DNA of 64,000 bases from Trichodelitschia bisporula (lineage: Eukaryota). The stretch lies in the NCBI GenBank assembly GCA_010356995.1, contig ML996694.1:123224-187223 (forward strand), read 5' to 3'. A model generated the notes under the pieces. The model was not told the origin of the DNA. It made no database searches and saw only the letters and a program-made list of their open reading frames with translations. Positions 11,983 to 23,302 of the stretch are shown here, in pieces. The position numbers and the translations under genes are program-made. Position 1 is the stretch's first letter. Every line of letters begins with the position of its first letter.

Positions 11983-13079
11983 GTCGGGCGCATCATGAGG
12001 GTTCATGTTTCCTTGGGCTGGGTTCGGTTTGCGCCTGGGCGTCTGTTTGTCACGGATAGCAATCGACCTTCCAAATGATACCGGCGGCGTTCGGGCGATG
12101 TCAAACTGTGATGCTGTGATTGTGTAGTGTGACTGGACTTTCGCCGTCGGTGATAGTTCTTTGACGCCAAGTAGCCAGTTCCGTTGGATTCCGAACTGCT
12201 TATATACGGCCACCCAGCGTTCGACTACCTGCATTCGACTGCCCATTCGGTCCCAGGGTTAAATAAAGCCGCTGCAGGAGTTTCGGCAAAGGAAGTAGTC
12301 TATATGGCCGACAGAGTCGCTCAAATAAACAGCTATCATGGCAACGTACATATGGATTTTTTTCCTTCAACTCAACAGTCCCCGACAGTTTCGCTGAATC
12401 TCATCATTTGGCCCATTAAGCTCCCTTTCCTTCGTCCATTACTTACAGTACCGCTCCGGCTCAAGTTGCGGGAAGCCCTTTCATGGCTTTCTTTGAGCTT
12501 ACTACGGTACGTGCTCACAACGTGGCCTCTCATCTGAACTACACAAGAATGATGAGGCTCTGGAGTTTGGGTCCTGTGACTGGCATTGCGATCACGTGGT
12601 ATGGCATTGTGAAAGCGTGGGGAAAGGGTCGCCACGTCCGCCAAGCCTTGAGACCGCGTAAGGTCGCCAAGCCCCGCAGCTCTTTAAGTAGTGCGCTCCC
12701 CCCCCACCACTTCCAAACCTCGACCACTTTCACTGAAAGAACCGCTGCCTGAAGAATCAACCACTGTGACCCACCCACTTTCTTTGAACCGTGAACTGAA
12801 CTGCTATTACTGAACTGCTGCCTCCAACGCACTCAGAAACGCTGTTCTGCAATTCACACGCAATCACACTCCAAATCACACTCCAAGTCACACACCAGAC
12901 AGCTGGTCTCAAAGCACTTCCTCAACTCAAACAACGTTCGTGGTCTCGAAACCACTTGCGCACAATCACCTACCTCAAATCACTCTCTCCACTCAAACAC
13001 CGTTTGTGGTCTCGAAACCACTTACGCTACAAACCTACAATCCACTTCACCTACCGTCGGTCGCAACTGTCTCCTCCTG

Positions 13080-14631
13080 ATGGCGGACCAGTGCGCGATC
13101 TGCCTTGAGCCCAATACCTTTCCCGCGTCACCGAACGGTGTCAAGACACTCAAAAGCATCCCCAAAGATGAGCGGGTCGCTTGCCTCAAACCGTGCAAAC
13201 ACCACCTCCATGACGCGTGCGTCCGGCCGTGGCTTGCAACCTGCAGTGCTTGCCCACTCTGCCGTCAGGAGGTTGTTGAAGTGGCTCTCGTTCTCGAAGT
13301 CAATGGTATGCTGCTTTGTTACCTGTCTCTGTCTACATCAGCTGATTATTTTAGGGCCCGCAATCGGCCAATATCCAGTCGTGCCCGTAAAGCAGCGTGC
13401 GGAGGTCGACCCAGACTTAGAGGCGGAGGAAGAGGAAGAGGAACCAGAGCAGTTCCAGGGCCTTCCTTGCGACATTTGCTCCACAGACAGCAGAGATACA
13501 CACCTCATGCTCTGCGATACTCCGGGCTGCCTGAACACCCGGCATTGGGATTGCGCCGGATTTTCATCCCTCCCAGCTGGCGACTGGTACTGCGACGAGT
13601 GCATGGACCAGCAGTGGAACGTTCGGGAGCTGATTTACTTGCGCACCCAAGCCCGTCGCCACCTTCGCGCCCGCTGCCTCGACCCGCCCAACACCTATTG
13701 GACGCACGACTGGCCATCGTCGTGGGTGCCATTCATGGCTCGTCGTGGCATCAACCTCCAACACCTAGTTGGACCACAAATGGAAATCATTGTTCGGGGG
13801 GTGATGGAGAAGTTGGAGGGAAACCAGCGTCCACTCCCGTCACAACAGCGGAGTGACCAGCGCCCGTCTTCTTCCCACCAGCGGATTGGCCAGCGTCCGT
13901 CCTCTTCCCGCCAGCGGAGAGATTCCTCCTCGGATCATGAGATTCGCGAGGGTCGCCCGCGCCCTCAACCACCGACGCCCGATCATACAACTGCCGAGGA
14001 GGAAGAGGCCTGGAAAGCCTTTGATCAGACCCGCCAGCCCAAGCGGGCTGCATCCTCGGACCCTGATGACGAGTCCGAGCGACCGCGTAAGCGGGCTCGA
14101 CCCACCGAGAATGCGCGTCATATTTCGCGTCGCACCTCGGGACATTCGGTAGCTGGGCCCAGCTCCAGCTCAGCAAGCCGTTCAGCTCGCCCTGAGCCTT
14201 CGGCTCACTCTTCTCGCTCGGCTCCGGTCTCTAGCCGCATTCCCGCTCAAGCTTGTCCCCCACCTCAAATTGCTTCTTCTCTGCAGGGTCCTCGCGCAGC
14301 TGCATCACCGGAGGTGCGGGCTGTGTCGATTCCGCCAGCCCCGGCTTTTGCCGCCAATATCCCTTGGTCGCTCAAGGAGGAGCTTCGGAAGCTTACCAAG
14401 ACGGCTCTGACTCCATTCTGGCGCGGAGGAAAGATCCACTCCAAGGAGTACGAGGACATTAACCGACTGGTTTCGCGTCGCCTGTACTCCAAGGTGATGC
14501 GGGACTGGAATGATCTCCACACCGATAGGCAACAGACCATGCACGATCTCGCAATCTATGCCAACGTTCAGGTCAAGATTGCTGTCGACGACTGCGGGAA
14601 GGCTCGTAAGGAGCGGTCTCGCCCACCTTAG
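13080..14631 (+). CDS. RING-H2 + PHD finger protein with C-terminal SRI-like helix bundle (Asr1/PHRF1-like)
   Basis: RING CAIC...CKHHLHDAC...W...CPLCR; intron 13306-13354; PHD CDIC...LMLCD.PGC...HWDC...WYCDEC; C-terminal LKEELRKLTKTALTPFWRGGKIHSKEYEDINRLVSRRLY. Confidence 0.85.
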
Positions 14632-16296
14632 CCAACCAACTGCCTCTGAGCTCAGGCTCTCTTTCTTTTATACTGGTTCTCCTGAGCGTTGGATTATAAC
14701 GGAATTTGTATGATGGAATGAGATGGATGATTTGTATACGAAATGATGGGCTCGGGTTTTAATGAGGTCTGGTCTGTACCATATGATGGATGATGGGGAG
14801 TTACTGGTTTTTGCGATACCCATGGGAGGAACAACATTTGGACGGGATACCAACATGATGGCGTTTGTATGATATTTTACATGGGAACAAGTCGATCGGA
14901 CTTTGAGAACTTCAAGTGGCAGCTATGCATCTGCTTTCAACTATCCAATGCTACTCGTGTAAAGTGACACTGACGTATCCCGCCGCCCATCGACATGCAG
15001 GCCGGTCAGGCTGCATCTCGTAGTCAGACATCTCAGCCTTGCGCAGCGCCCACGCCCAGTTGTGACACGTTCCGTTCCTCAGCATTACCCGTACCGGTAG
15101 CACAACACAGCAGGAAAACAACCTATCAAGCCCTCACAATCGCACAACAACATCAATCACCTCTTAAAATCCCACATTCAACTCCTTCGCACGCAACTTT
15201 ACCAACCATACTCCACCTACACCTCACACCCCGCATCCCCTGCCAAGACCGACATCGGCCCCCTCCCCGGACGATCGGAACAAACCGGCCCACGCAACCC
15301 AAGCCTCCCCCGCCATGTGCCTCAGAAAAACGAGGGAGCCACGTCGGTGGCGCTCCCTCGTGCGGATCGCCGTCCGACATCACATGTCCCCCGCACTTCC
15401 CGCACCCCGCGTCTTCATGAAGGCGGCTGCGGAGGAGGGGATGGGGTCGGAGATGCGGAGGTACTTGCGGAGGGAAGCTCGATTCTATCTTACCAGACAT
15501 TGCCTAGGTCCCGTATGGCGGGGAAGGGGAAGATGGTGGAGGAGCAGACGCGCCGGACGCGCGGGTGGGCTTGGGGAACGGGGAGGAGAGGGCTTCCGCT
15601 CGTCCTTGGGCGGCAGGACGGGGACGATTTATGCGACGCCGCGAGGGCGGACGCGTGACTGGAAAAGGAGCGGCTGTGTTAGGCTTTCTGGGATGACGGG
15701 AGCCGCCGCACGATCTACGGTACCACCCTCAGCATATCTAGGAATCTACAGTATCGCGGGACAGATCGGCTCCAACAACGATGATATGTCGTGTGCCTCA
15801 CTACGCTTTGAGGGCCCGGCATCGGGAACAAATAATCACTACGAGAATAGAAGGCTCGCTCAAAAATTACGAGTAGTTACCTTGGTCCGACCAGCCCGGG
15901 ACCCTTACGCAATTCGGCCGAGGCTCATTTGAAGCGTCGAACGAAGCCCTGTGCGTTTCGGTCGTCGGCCGGCGCGCGGAAACGGAGGGCCAGTCCGTCA
16001 TACGCGGTTAACCGCTACTTAGCTCAGCCGAAGGAGTGCGTGCTCGCGACCGAAGAAATATCCTCGTTCTCCCGTGCTTCTTTTTGAGAAGTGAAGTTCA
16101 ATTGCATTCTCTCCTTCTCCTCTCCCCTTTCCTTGCCTCGCCTAGGACGGGAATCACGCCGTCCACGTCCCCACCCTACAGTAACTGCTAGAGAGCTTCA
16201 TCCTCTCTGACCCGCAGTCTACCGTATCCTCCCTCTGCAGAGCTCCAATTCCCCCCTCCCACCTTACCTCTCCGCTCACCACAAACAACCTCCGCC

Positions 16297-17502
16297 ATGT
16301 CCGCAAAATCCACCTCAGGCCCAGGCGGCAGCAAGCAGCCCGCCAGCGCCGCCACAAACCTAATCGGTCCGCCCTCCCACCTTACAAGCTCAAAAAATGC
16401 AAAAAGCTAACACCCAGCAGCCGGCGGCGGAGCAGGCATGATGGAAGCCCTCGTATGCCATCCGCTCGGTGAGTAGCCTTAAGCCGAGGCAAGCCGCGCC
16501 CCGAACTAACCAACGAGCAGACACCATCAAAGTGCGCATGCAGCTCTCGCGCCGCGCGCGCGCCCCCGGCGTACGTATCCCTCGCGGAAAATACCCCCGC
16601 ACCAGCCACAATGGCGTCGCACGCAAGGCTGACACCCCCCCAGGTCAAAAAACTCGGCTTCATCGGCACCGGCTCGCAAATCATCAAACGCGAGACCCCC
16701 CTCGGGCTGTACAAAGGCCTCGGCGCCGTCCTCACCGGCATAGTCCCCAAAATGGCCATCCGCTTCACGTCCTACGAGTGGTACAAGCAGGCGCTGGCCC
16801 GGGGTGACGGGACCGTTTCCGGACAGGCTACGTTTTTAGCTGGATTGGCGGCGGGCGTGACGGAGGCCGTGGCGGTGGTGACGCCGATGGAGGTGGTGAA
16901 GATTAGATTGCAGGCGCAGCATCATAGTATGGCGGATCCGCTGGATGTGCCGAAGTATCGGAATGCGGCGCATGCGCTGTATACGGTTGTGAGGGAGGAG
17001 GGGGCGGGAGCGTTGTATCGCGGGGTTAGTTTGACGGCGTTGAGGCAGGGGACGAATCAGGCTGGTGCGTTGACCCCCCTGGGAGGCTGAGAAGTCGGGG
17101 GAAAGGAACTGACAAAACGCAGCCAACTTCACGGCCTACTCCGAACTCCGCGCCTGGCTGCAGCGCTACCAAGGCACGACCGACCTCCCCAGCTACCAAA
17201 CCAGCTGCATCGGGCTGATCAGCGGCGCCATGGGGCCGTTCTGCAATGCCCCCATCGATACCATCAAGACGCGGTTGCAGAAAACGCCGGCTGCGCCGGG
17301 GAGCAGCGCTGTGAGCCGCATTGTGGCGATTACGAGCGATATGTGGAAGGCGGAGGGGTATCGGAGTTTTTATAAGGGAATTACGCCGAGGGTTATGAGG
17401 GTGGCGCCGGGGCAGGCGGTTACGTTTACGGTGTATGAGTATTTGAAGGGGGTGCTTGAGAGGAAGAGGGAGGTGCTGCCGGGGGGGCAGTATGAGGAGT
17501 AA
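16297..17502 (+). CDS. SFC1: Mitochondrial succinate/fumarate carrier, 5 exons
   Basis: Three carrier signatures (HPLDTIKVRMQ, TPMEVVKIRLQ, APIDTIKTRLQ) plus SFC1-typical AGGGAGMMEALVC, IVPKMAIRF, ALRQGTNQA, RVAPGQA. Confidence 0.93.
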
Positions 17503-18695
17503 GGTTCGATGGTTTTGGGCGTGGTGTGTGCTAAATGGGGTGTAGGGAGGCGAAGACGTAGGCGATTCGAGCGGGAGGGCGATTGGGTATGGGGATGGGG
17601 ATAGAAGCTGGATGCATGTGCGGCCTCGGGGCGCGCGGGAGTGCAGCGGCGAGCGAGCGGGCTTTTCTGGACATTGAAAGGGAGGGGGAGTGTGGTCGAC
17701 GGGGCGGGGCGCGGCTGCGCATTGTTTCCATTACTTCGTGTGCACATATTGTCGGCGTTGAGTTCTGTCTCTGGTAAAAAGAGTTGTGTTTGGTTCTTGG
17801 AGCATCATCATGCAATCGCAAGCTTGACAGTGTTTCTTGTTGCCTTGACTTCTGGCATGGAGACTCCTGTGATATGAAGGTGTGATGGATGATCTGGCAG
17901 CTGCAACACATCCCCACGCTCCCACCGACAGCGCACCTCCCTTGCCACACCTATTTCTCCTTCTCGCCTGTCTCCATGACGGTTGCAGTAAGAGGTAACC
18001 GCGACGGTGGATCGAGGCAGTAACATGTCCAGGCTCCTTCACGACTGCCAAAAGATACGTCCCATCGCTCCTCTTCGACTCCCACTTCCCCAGCCAGAAG
18101 CCCTCCTTCCCATCTGCCTCATTACCGCCTGCAGTAAGCAACCGCGACAGTCAATCCAGGCAGCACCCCGTCTCAGATTCCTCCACGACTGCCCAAAAGC
18201 CGTCTCAACGCTCCTCCTCCAAAACACAAGGCCCTTGCGGGTCTTTGACAAAGGGGCTGAGCGCTGCAGTATATAACCACAGCGGCTCGCCTCTCCGTAT
18301 CGTTTTCTTTTCTTCAGACAAGCAGTTCCAGGGGCGCTTTCCCCCACTATACATTCTGTATGTGGCCGCTCTTCCAGGGCAATTTTTGGAAACACCCATT
18401 TTGTGGTGGGGCTTGTCCTCCATGTCCACGACTTCTTTTCATCGTTGTGTTCGCATTGCGGGCTCACGAAGAAGAGTGCTTTGCTGTGAGCTTTGAGCGG
18501 ATGACTGACGGCGGCGACGATGCGACGATAGAACTTGTCGGTGCGTTCGTTGGCTGTGCTGATACTCGTCCCTCCCGATCGTGAGATTGACTGCTTGGAT
18601 GAAAAGATCGACGGTAGACATGCTCAAGCACCGTTCCTACCACATGTCAGTCTCCCACACCAACCGACTACCGCCGTAACCCACCACCATAACCT

Positions 18696-19313
18696 CTACT
18701 CCACCCTCTCAAACATACAACACTCAAACTCCACATCCCCCTCCCTAACCCGTCCCCCAACCTCCTCCCCTACAAACGCACTCATCTCCTCCCTACTCCG
18801 TCTCCGCCACCCCCCCTCCCTCTCCAAATCAACCGGAAAAAACACATCACACCCCCACTCTCCATAAACCTTTGTCAACAGCACCCTCTCCGTCGCCCCC
18901 ATCCCCAGTGCCGAGCGATAAACCTCCGCCCCCCCAATCACAAACACCGTCCCCACGCCCTGCCTCCCCGCAAGCACGCGTAACGCCCCCTCCAAGCTCT
19001 GCACCCAAATCGTATCCGAGGTTTCTACCGGCGGGGTCTGCCGGCTCAGCACGACGTTGATCCTGTCTTTGAGCGGCCGGAAGCGTGGAGGCAGGCTGGC
19101 CCATGTTTTGCGCCCCATGATGACGGCATTTTGCACGGGGGGCGGGTAGACGAGCGGAGCGTCTGTGGCGGGGACGGCGGGCGTACGTGTCGTGACGCGC
19201 GCGAAGTAGGCCATTTCTTGCTTTAGGCGCCAGGGGAGGACGCCTTTTGAGCCTATGCCGAGGGAGGGGTAGGCGGCGGCGACGATGAGGGTTAGGGAGG
19301 GGGGGCGGGGCAT
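18696..19313 (-). CDS. DFR1: Dihydrofolate reductase
   Basis: LTLIVAA, GIG..G.LPW.LK.EMAYF, NAVIMGRKTW.S.P..FRPLKDRINVVLSR, FVIGGAEVY, CDVFFP; single exon. Confidence 0.96.
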   Translation of the reverse strand: MPRPPSLTLIVAAAYPSLGIGSKGVLPWRLKQEMAYFARVTTRTPAVPATDAPLVYPPPVQNAVIMGRKTWASLPPRFRPLKDRINVVLSRQTPPVETSDTIWVQSLEGALRVLAGRQGVGTVFVIGGAEVYRSALGMGATERVLLTKVYGEWGCDVFFPVDLEREGGWRRRSREEMSAFVGEEVGGRVREGDVEFECCMFERVE

Positions 19314-19726
19314 GACTTCTGGGGAGGGGGTGGGTGAGGGGGGGGTGGGGGGGAGGGGGGTTGGAGGGGTGGGGGGGCTGACATTTGAGGGAATGGGGTT
19401 GAGGAGTTTGGAGAGGTTGAGGTGGGAGAGAATGGGAGGAGGTGGTGGTGGTGGTGGTGGGGTTGTTGTAGGTTGGGCGCTGGGTGGGATCGGCGGTTGG
19501 GCTTTTGGGTTGGGTTGTTAGCGCCAAGGCTTGGGGGCCGATCACCGGGAGTGACGCAAGAGGTCTGCATCTTGGAAATGATATTTCGATTTTCAAGTTC
19601 CGGTGCCTAGACTCGGTACCGTTGAAGCATGTCAGATCTGACGCCATTAACTCCGAGCCGAGATCCCCCTACTTCAGTTCATCGTTATCCTAACGCCAAT
19701 CCATATGAAGCAAAGAAGCGCAGCGT

Positions 19727-20283
19727 TCACTGGCCCTCATCCCGAATATGCACCTCCTTACGCGCATGCAACGCCTGCAACAACTCCGCCAGCCGCGTCA
19801 CTTCCTCCCGCTGCAGATCCTTCGTCCTAGTATCTGCGTCGCTAAAGAGCCATAACTCTTGCATTTGGCGGATCATTTGCAATGTGTCTTCGCAGATGCG
19901 GATCTATGCCCGGTTAGCAAAATCCTCCCGTTTGAGTCCGCCTCAGACGTCGGTGGTAGTAGAGTGTGTACCAAGTCTTGAGCATTTGTCTCCATCCGCT
20001 GCTTGATGATAGCGGCTTGGATTTTGGCGTCTTCGTGCCCGGTTTCTTCTTGGTCGTCCTGTGCCGGTTAGTGCAGTTCGGCGTTAGGGATAGAACGCGG
20101 TAGACAAACGATGGCAGCGCCTTGGATGTCCAGGAATGAGCGGTAGAGCGTCCGCACGTTGTTCTCGATACGGGCTGTTCTCTTAGTCCGCGCTGCTCTT
20201 CGACACGCTTAGCATATCATACCTCGAAAGCCGGCGCCGGTCAACTGCTGCGACATATTGGTGGTTGCAACATTAGGAGCCAT
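19727..20283 (-). CDS. SRB6: Mediator subunit Med22 (Srb6)-like, 4 exons (not visible in the ORF track)
   Basis: Three canonical introns give ~129 aa: ...RIENNVRTLYRSFLDIQGAAI...METNAQDLIRICEDTLQMIRQMQELWLFSD..., matching the Med22 pattern (LiraaEdLL.L.r.lkElWLf). Confidence 0.72.
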
Positions 20284-22775
20284 CTTTGCTATGTTCGGTG
20301 GAGCAAAGAGGGAGGGGCGGTAGGAGTTTGGAGCACTTATTATGGCTGTATATGTCCGGGGGTGTGCTGGTGAAGGTGAGGGCCCCAAACGCCTTGGCAA
20401 CGGTTGTTTGGGCTTCCGATCCTGGTATCCCGTGGCTTGGCGATGTGTGGATGGCGGTGTTTCAGCCGCGCGGCACGAACGGGTAGGGCTGAGGTGTATT
20501 GGTCGGAGTGGGATGGATATGTGTGAGATTGCTGGAATGTGGTGGTTCGGACGGGATGGGGTGGTATGGAACGGGGAATGTGTGCCGGGGGAGCTGTACG
20601 GTATATGCGGAACCGAGGATGGGGTTTTGATAAGGGGGCGGGCACGACGGGGTAATTCAGGCCATTTAGCGCAGTCGCAGGATCTCACGGCTCGGTATTT
20701 ATTGAGAGCAGATGATAAGTGATCTGGGACCTGAAGTTACTTCTTGAGTCTCGATGTGTGTTGCTCCCTCTCTCTGAGCATGCAGAGCACATCCGCGGCA
20801 CTCCGGTGGGGATCAGAATGCCCTTTCATCGAACTGAGTAAAGATCTCAATGAACTAAGGTTCAGTTGAACAGAAGCCTCTCATTAGCCCTTGTATTATG
20901 CAGTCAAATCCAAGCTCGAACTCCCTTCGACCATATCCATCCCTCCCTCTCCTCCATCCCTGTCCCCGTCCGGTCATCCCCCGTCCCGCCCTGGCATCCC
21001 AACCCCACAAGTCCTGCATTAGCATCCACATGCAGCAGCCTGGCCATGCACATGCGGGAATCGAGATCGGTCGCGGCGAAGCAAGCCTGATATGTAACCC
21101 GACGCCGGGATCAACTGCAGGGACGTCCGCGGCTTAAGCTTTGTGGTCGTCATCCCCGCAAGGGCCGCCGGAACGGGATCCACTTGTCCAGGATGGGTCG
21201 GCTCGTGGCGCTGTGGCGGGGAGGGGAGCTTTGACAGGGCGTTGTGATGGAGAGATGATGTACCATCATCCATTACGGATGTGGAAAAATTAAATGCATA
21301 CATTTAATCCATAGGTAGATCATCGTTCGGATTGTGCTGGTACGAGGAGGGCTAGGTTTGTATCCGTTCGTGCGGTTTTGATACTGGAAGACTATCCAGC
21401 CCACGCACGCTCCAATCAATGACATATTCCGTCGTCATGCTATCAAGTTTGGAAGTAAGTATAAATGGACTGTCGTTCTAGCGGCTGATATTTAGGCTTT
21501 GGATCCCTGCTAACCTCTAAAAGAAGGTTATCATGCAGACCTAGGCTAAAACTACTTTTGAGAAAAGGACGGCTGCTCGACGACATGAGCAGGGTTGTCA
21601 CGGCGTCTGCTCCAGCGCAGACTGTCTTATCTCTCCCGAAGAACCGAAGAACCGAAGCACCCCCGAAGCACGTCTTCAAGTCTTGAAGAGACAGAAGGGA
21701 CCCGTTTATTCGAACCTCCTCAAAGCGGAAAGAGTTATATTAAAGCTAAGTATGGGGCGACAGTTCTAGGTCTTTACACCTACGGCCTGTTGGGTCATGG
21801 AGAAGTCGATGAGCATGAAGCTTCCGGGGGTCTGTGTGATATCATTCTTACACCACCACCCCGAGCAATGTCCTTGGTACGGACGGTGATGCCAGGGCGG
21901 GAAGCTCTCAGTACCATACTGTCCGATTGCTCAACAAGGCGCGATAGATACCTCCGTATATGCCCTGCATGGCACGGACGCGGGATAGCGGGAGAAGCCG
22001 AGGCGTCCCTTTGGTTGAGGATGGAGATAAAAGGGTTTCAAGGGTGCAGAGAAGGTCGAGAATCTTTGGCCCTCTGCGTCATGCATCACGATTACTGCAT
22101 CCAACCCCAAAAGACCCTAGTCTAAAAATAGGAGGTACTGTATCGGCACGAGTACAAGTGGACATTTTTGTGTTTCACCTCATGATCGGAGGGAATTATG
22201 CGTAGAGAAATGAAGCACGTGATATTACGTCTCCGCAGTTGGGATAAGCTTCAGTTAGGCCAGGGTGGGCTGCTGAAGGGTGAAGAGGGGAAGGGGTGGA
22301 GGGAGGGCGAAAAGGGCAGGTTGAGGGGCAGCAAAGGTGAGGCGAGAAAGAGTTTGCATGTGGGCCATCACCATTTTTGTCCCCCGCTTCCCCTTCTCCT
22401 TTTGACGTCAACCCCTCAAGACATCCAACCGAACATCATTCTTGTCATCTATCATCAGCCAGCCAGCAGGCAGAGAAGCAGTAGAAGAAGAAGAAGAGGA
22501 AGAAGAATAGGCAGAAGACGCGGAAGAACAGACCAACAGAAGCTGGCACTAACTCGCCCAACACGCCCCAAGCGCCGCCAGCGCCGCCGCCCAGCGGAAG
22601 AAAAACGCACGCGCCCCCCTTCAAAGTTGTGTGTAATCGCTTGGGAGAAAAGAAGTGCTCCGTGCCCCCCCCCCGACCCTGCTTCCTGCTGAGCATCTGT
22701 CGAACACCCACCCGCCGCCCGCATCGCATCGTTTGACGCGCCCACCCGCCAACACCCAAGCCCGCCTCTAGTCAC

Positions 22776-22935
22776 NNNNNNNNNNNNNNNNNNNNNNNNN
22801 NNNNNNNNNNNNNNNNNNNNNNNNNNNNNNNNNNNNNNNNNNNNNNNNNNNNNNNNNNNNNNNNNNNNNNNNNNNNNNNNNNNNNNNNNNNNNNNNNNNN
22901 NNNNNNNNNNNNNNNNNNNNNNNNNNNNNNNNNNN
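22776..22935. other. Assembly gap (160 N) upstream of PSY2
   Basis: Run of N flanked by C-rich sequence. Confidence 1.
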
Positions 22936-23302
22936 CCCCCCAAACCCCACACCTCGTCTCACGTTGTCATCATCTCCACTCTGTCCATCTCATCGCGATC
23001 CTGCGCAAGGTGTGGCGAAAACTCGTGCTGCAGCCACTTCTCCTGCTGCCGAGCCTCTGCGCAACTCGTGTCGCATTGCTCTCTGACGCCTGATCTCCAA
23101 CCTCCAAGCTCCACACAAGGGCTCCACCATCATCACCTCCACCTCTATCTCTATCAGCCAACCCTACCATCTCAATACATCTGCAGCGTCCTTGCATCCA
23201 ACGTCGCCCGTCGCGTGTCGCATCCCCTGCCCTCGCTCCATTCCGTGGTCCGAAAGGCATTCTGCGGACCGGCTGGCCACCCGCGACCGCATTCCTTGAA
23301 GC

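Noticed and set aside
15940..16060. CGG/CCG-rich sites upstream of SFC1 as FacB/Cat8-type carbon-source elements
   Set aside because: Biologically plausible, but the matches to the consensus are partial and common in GC-rich DNA.
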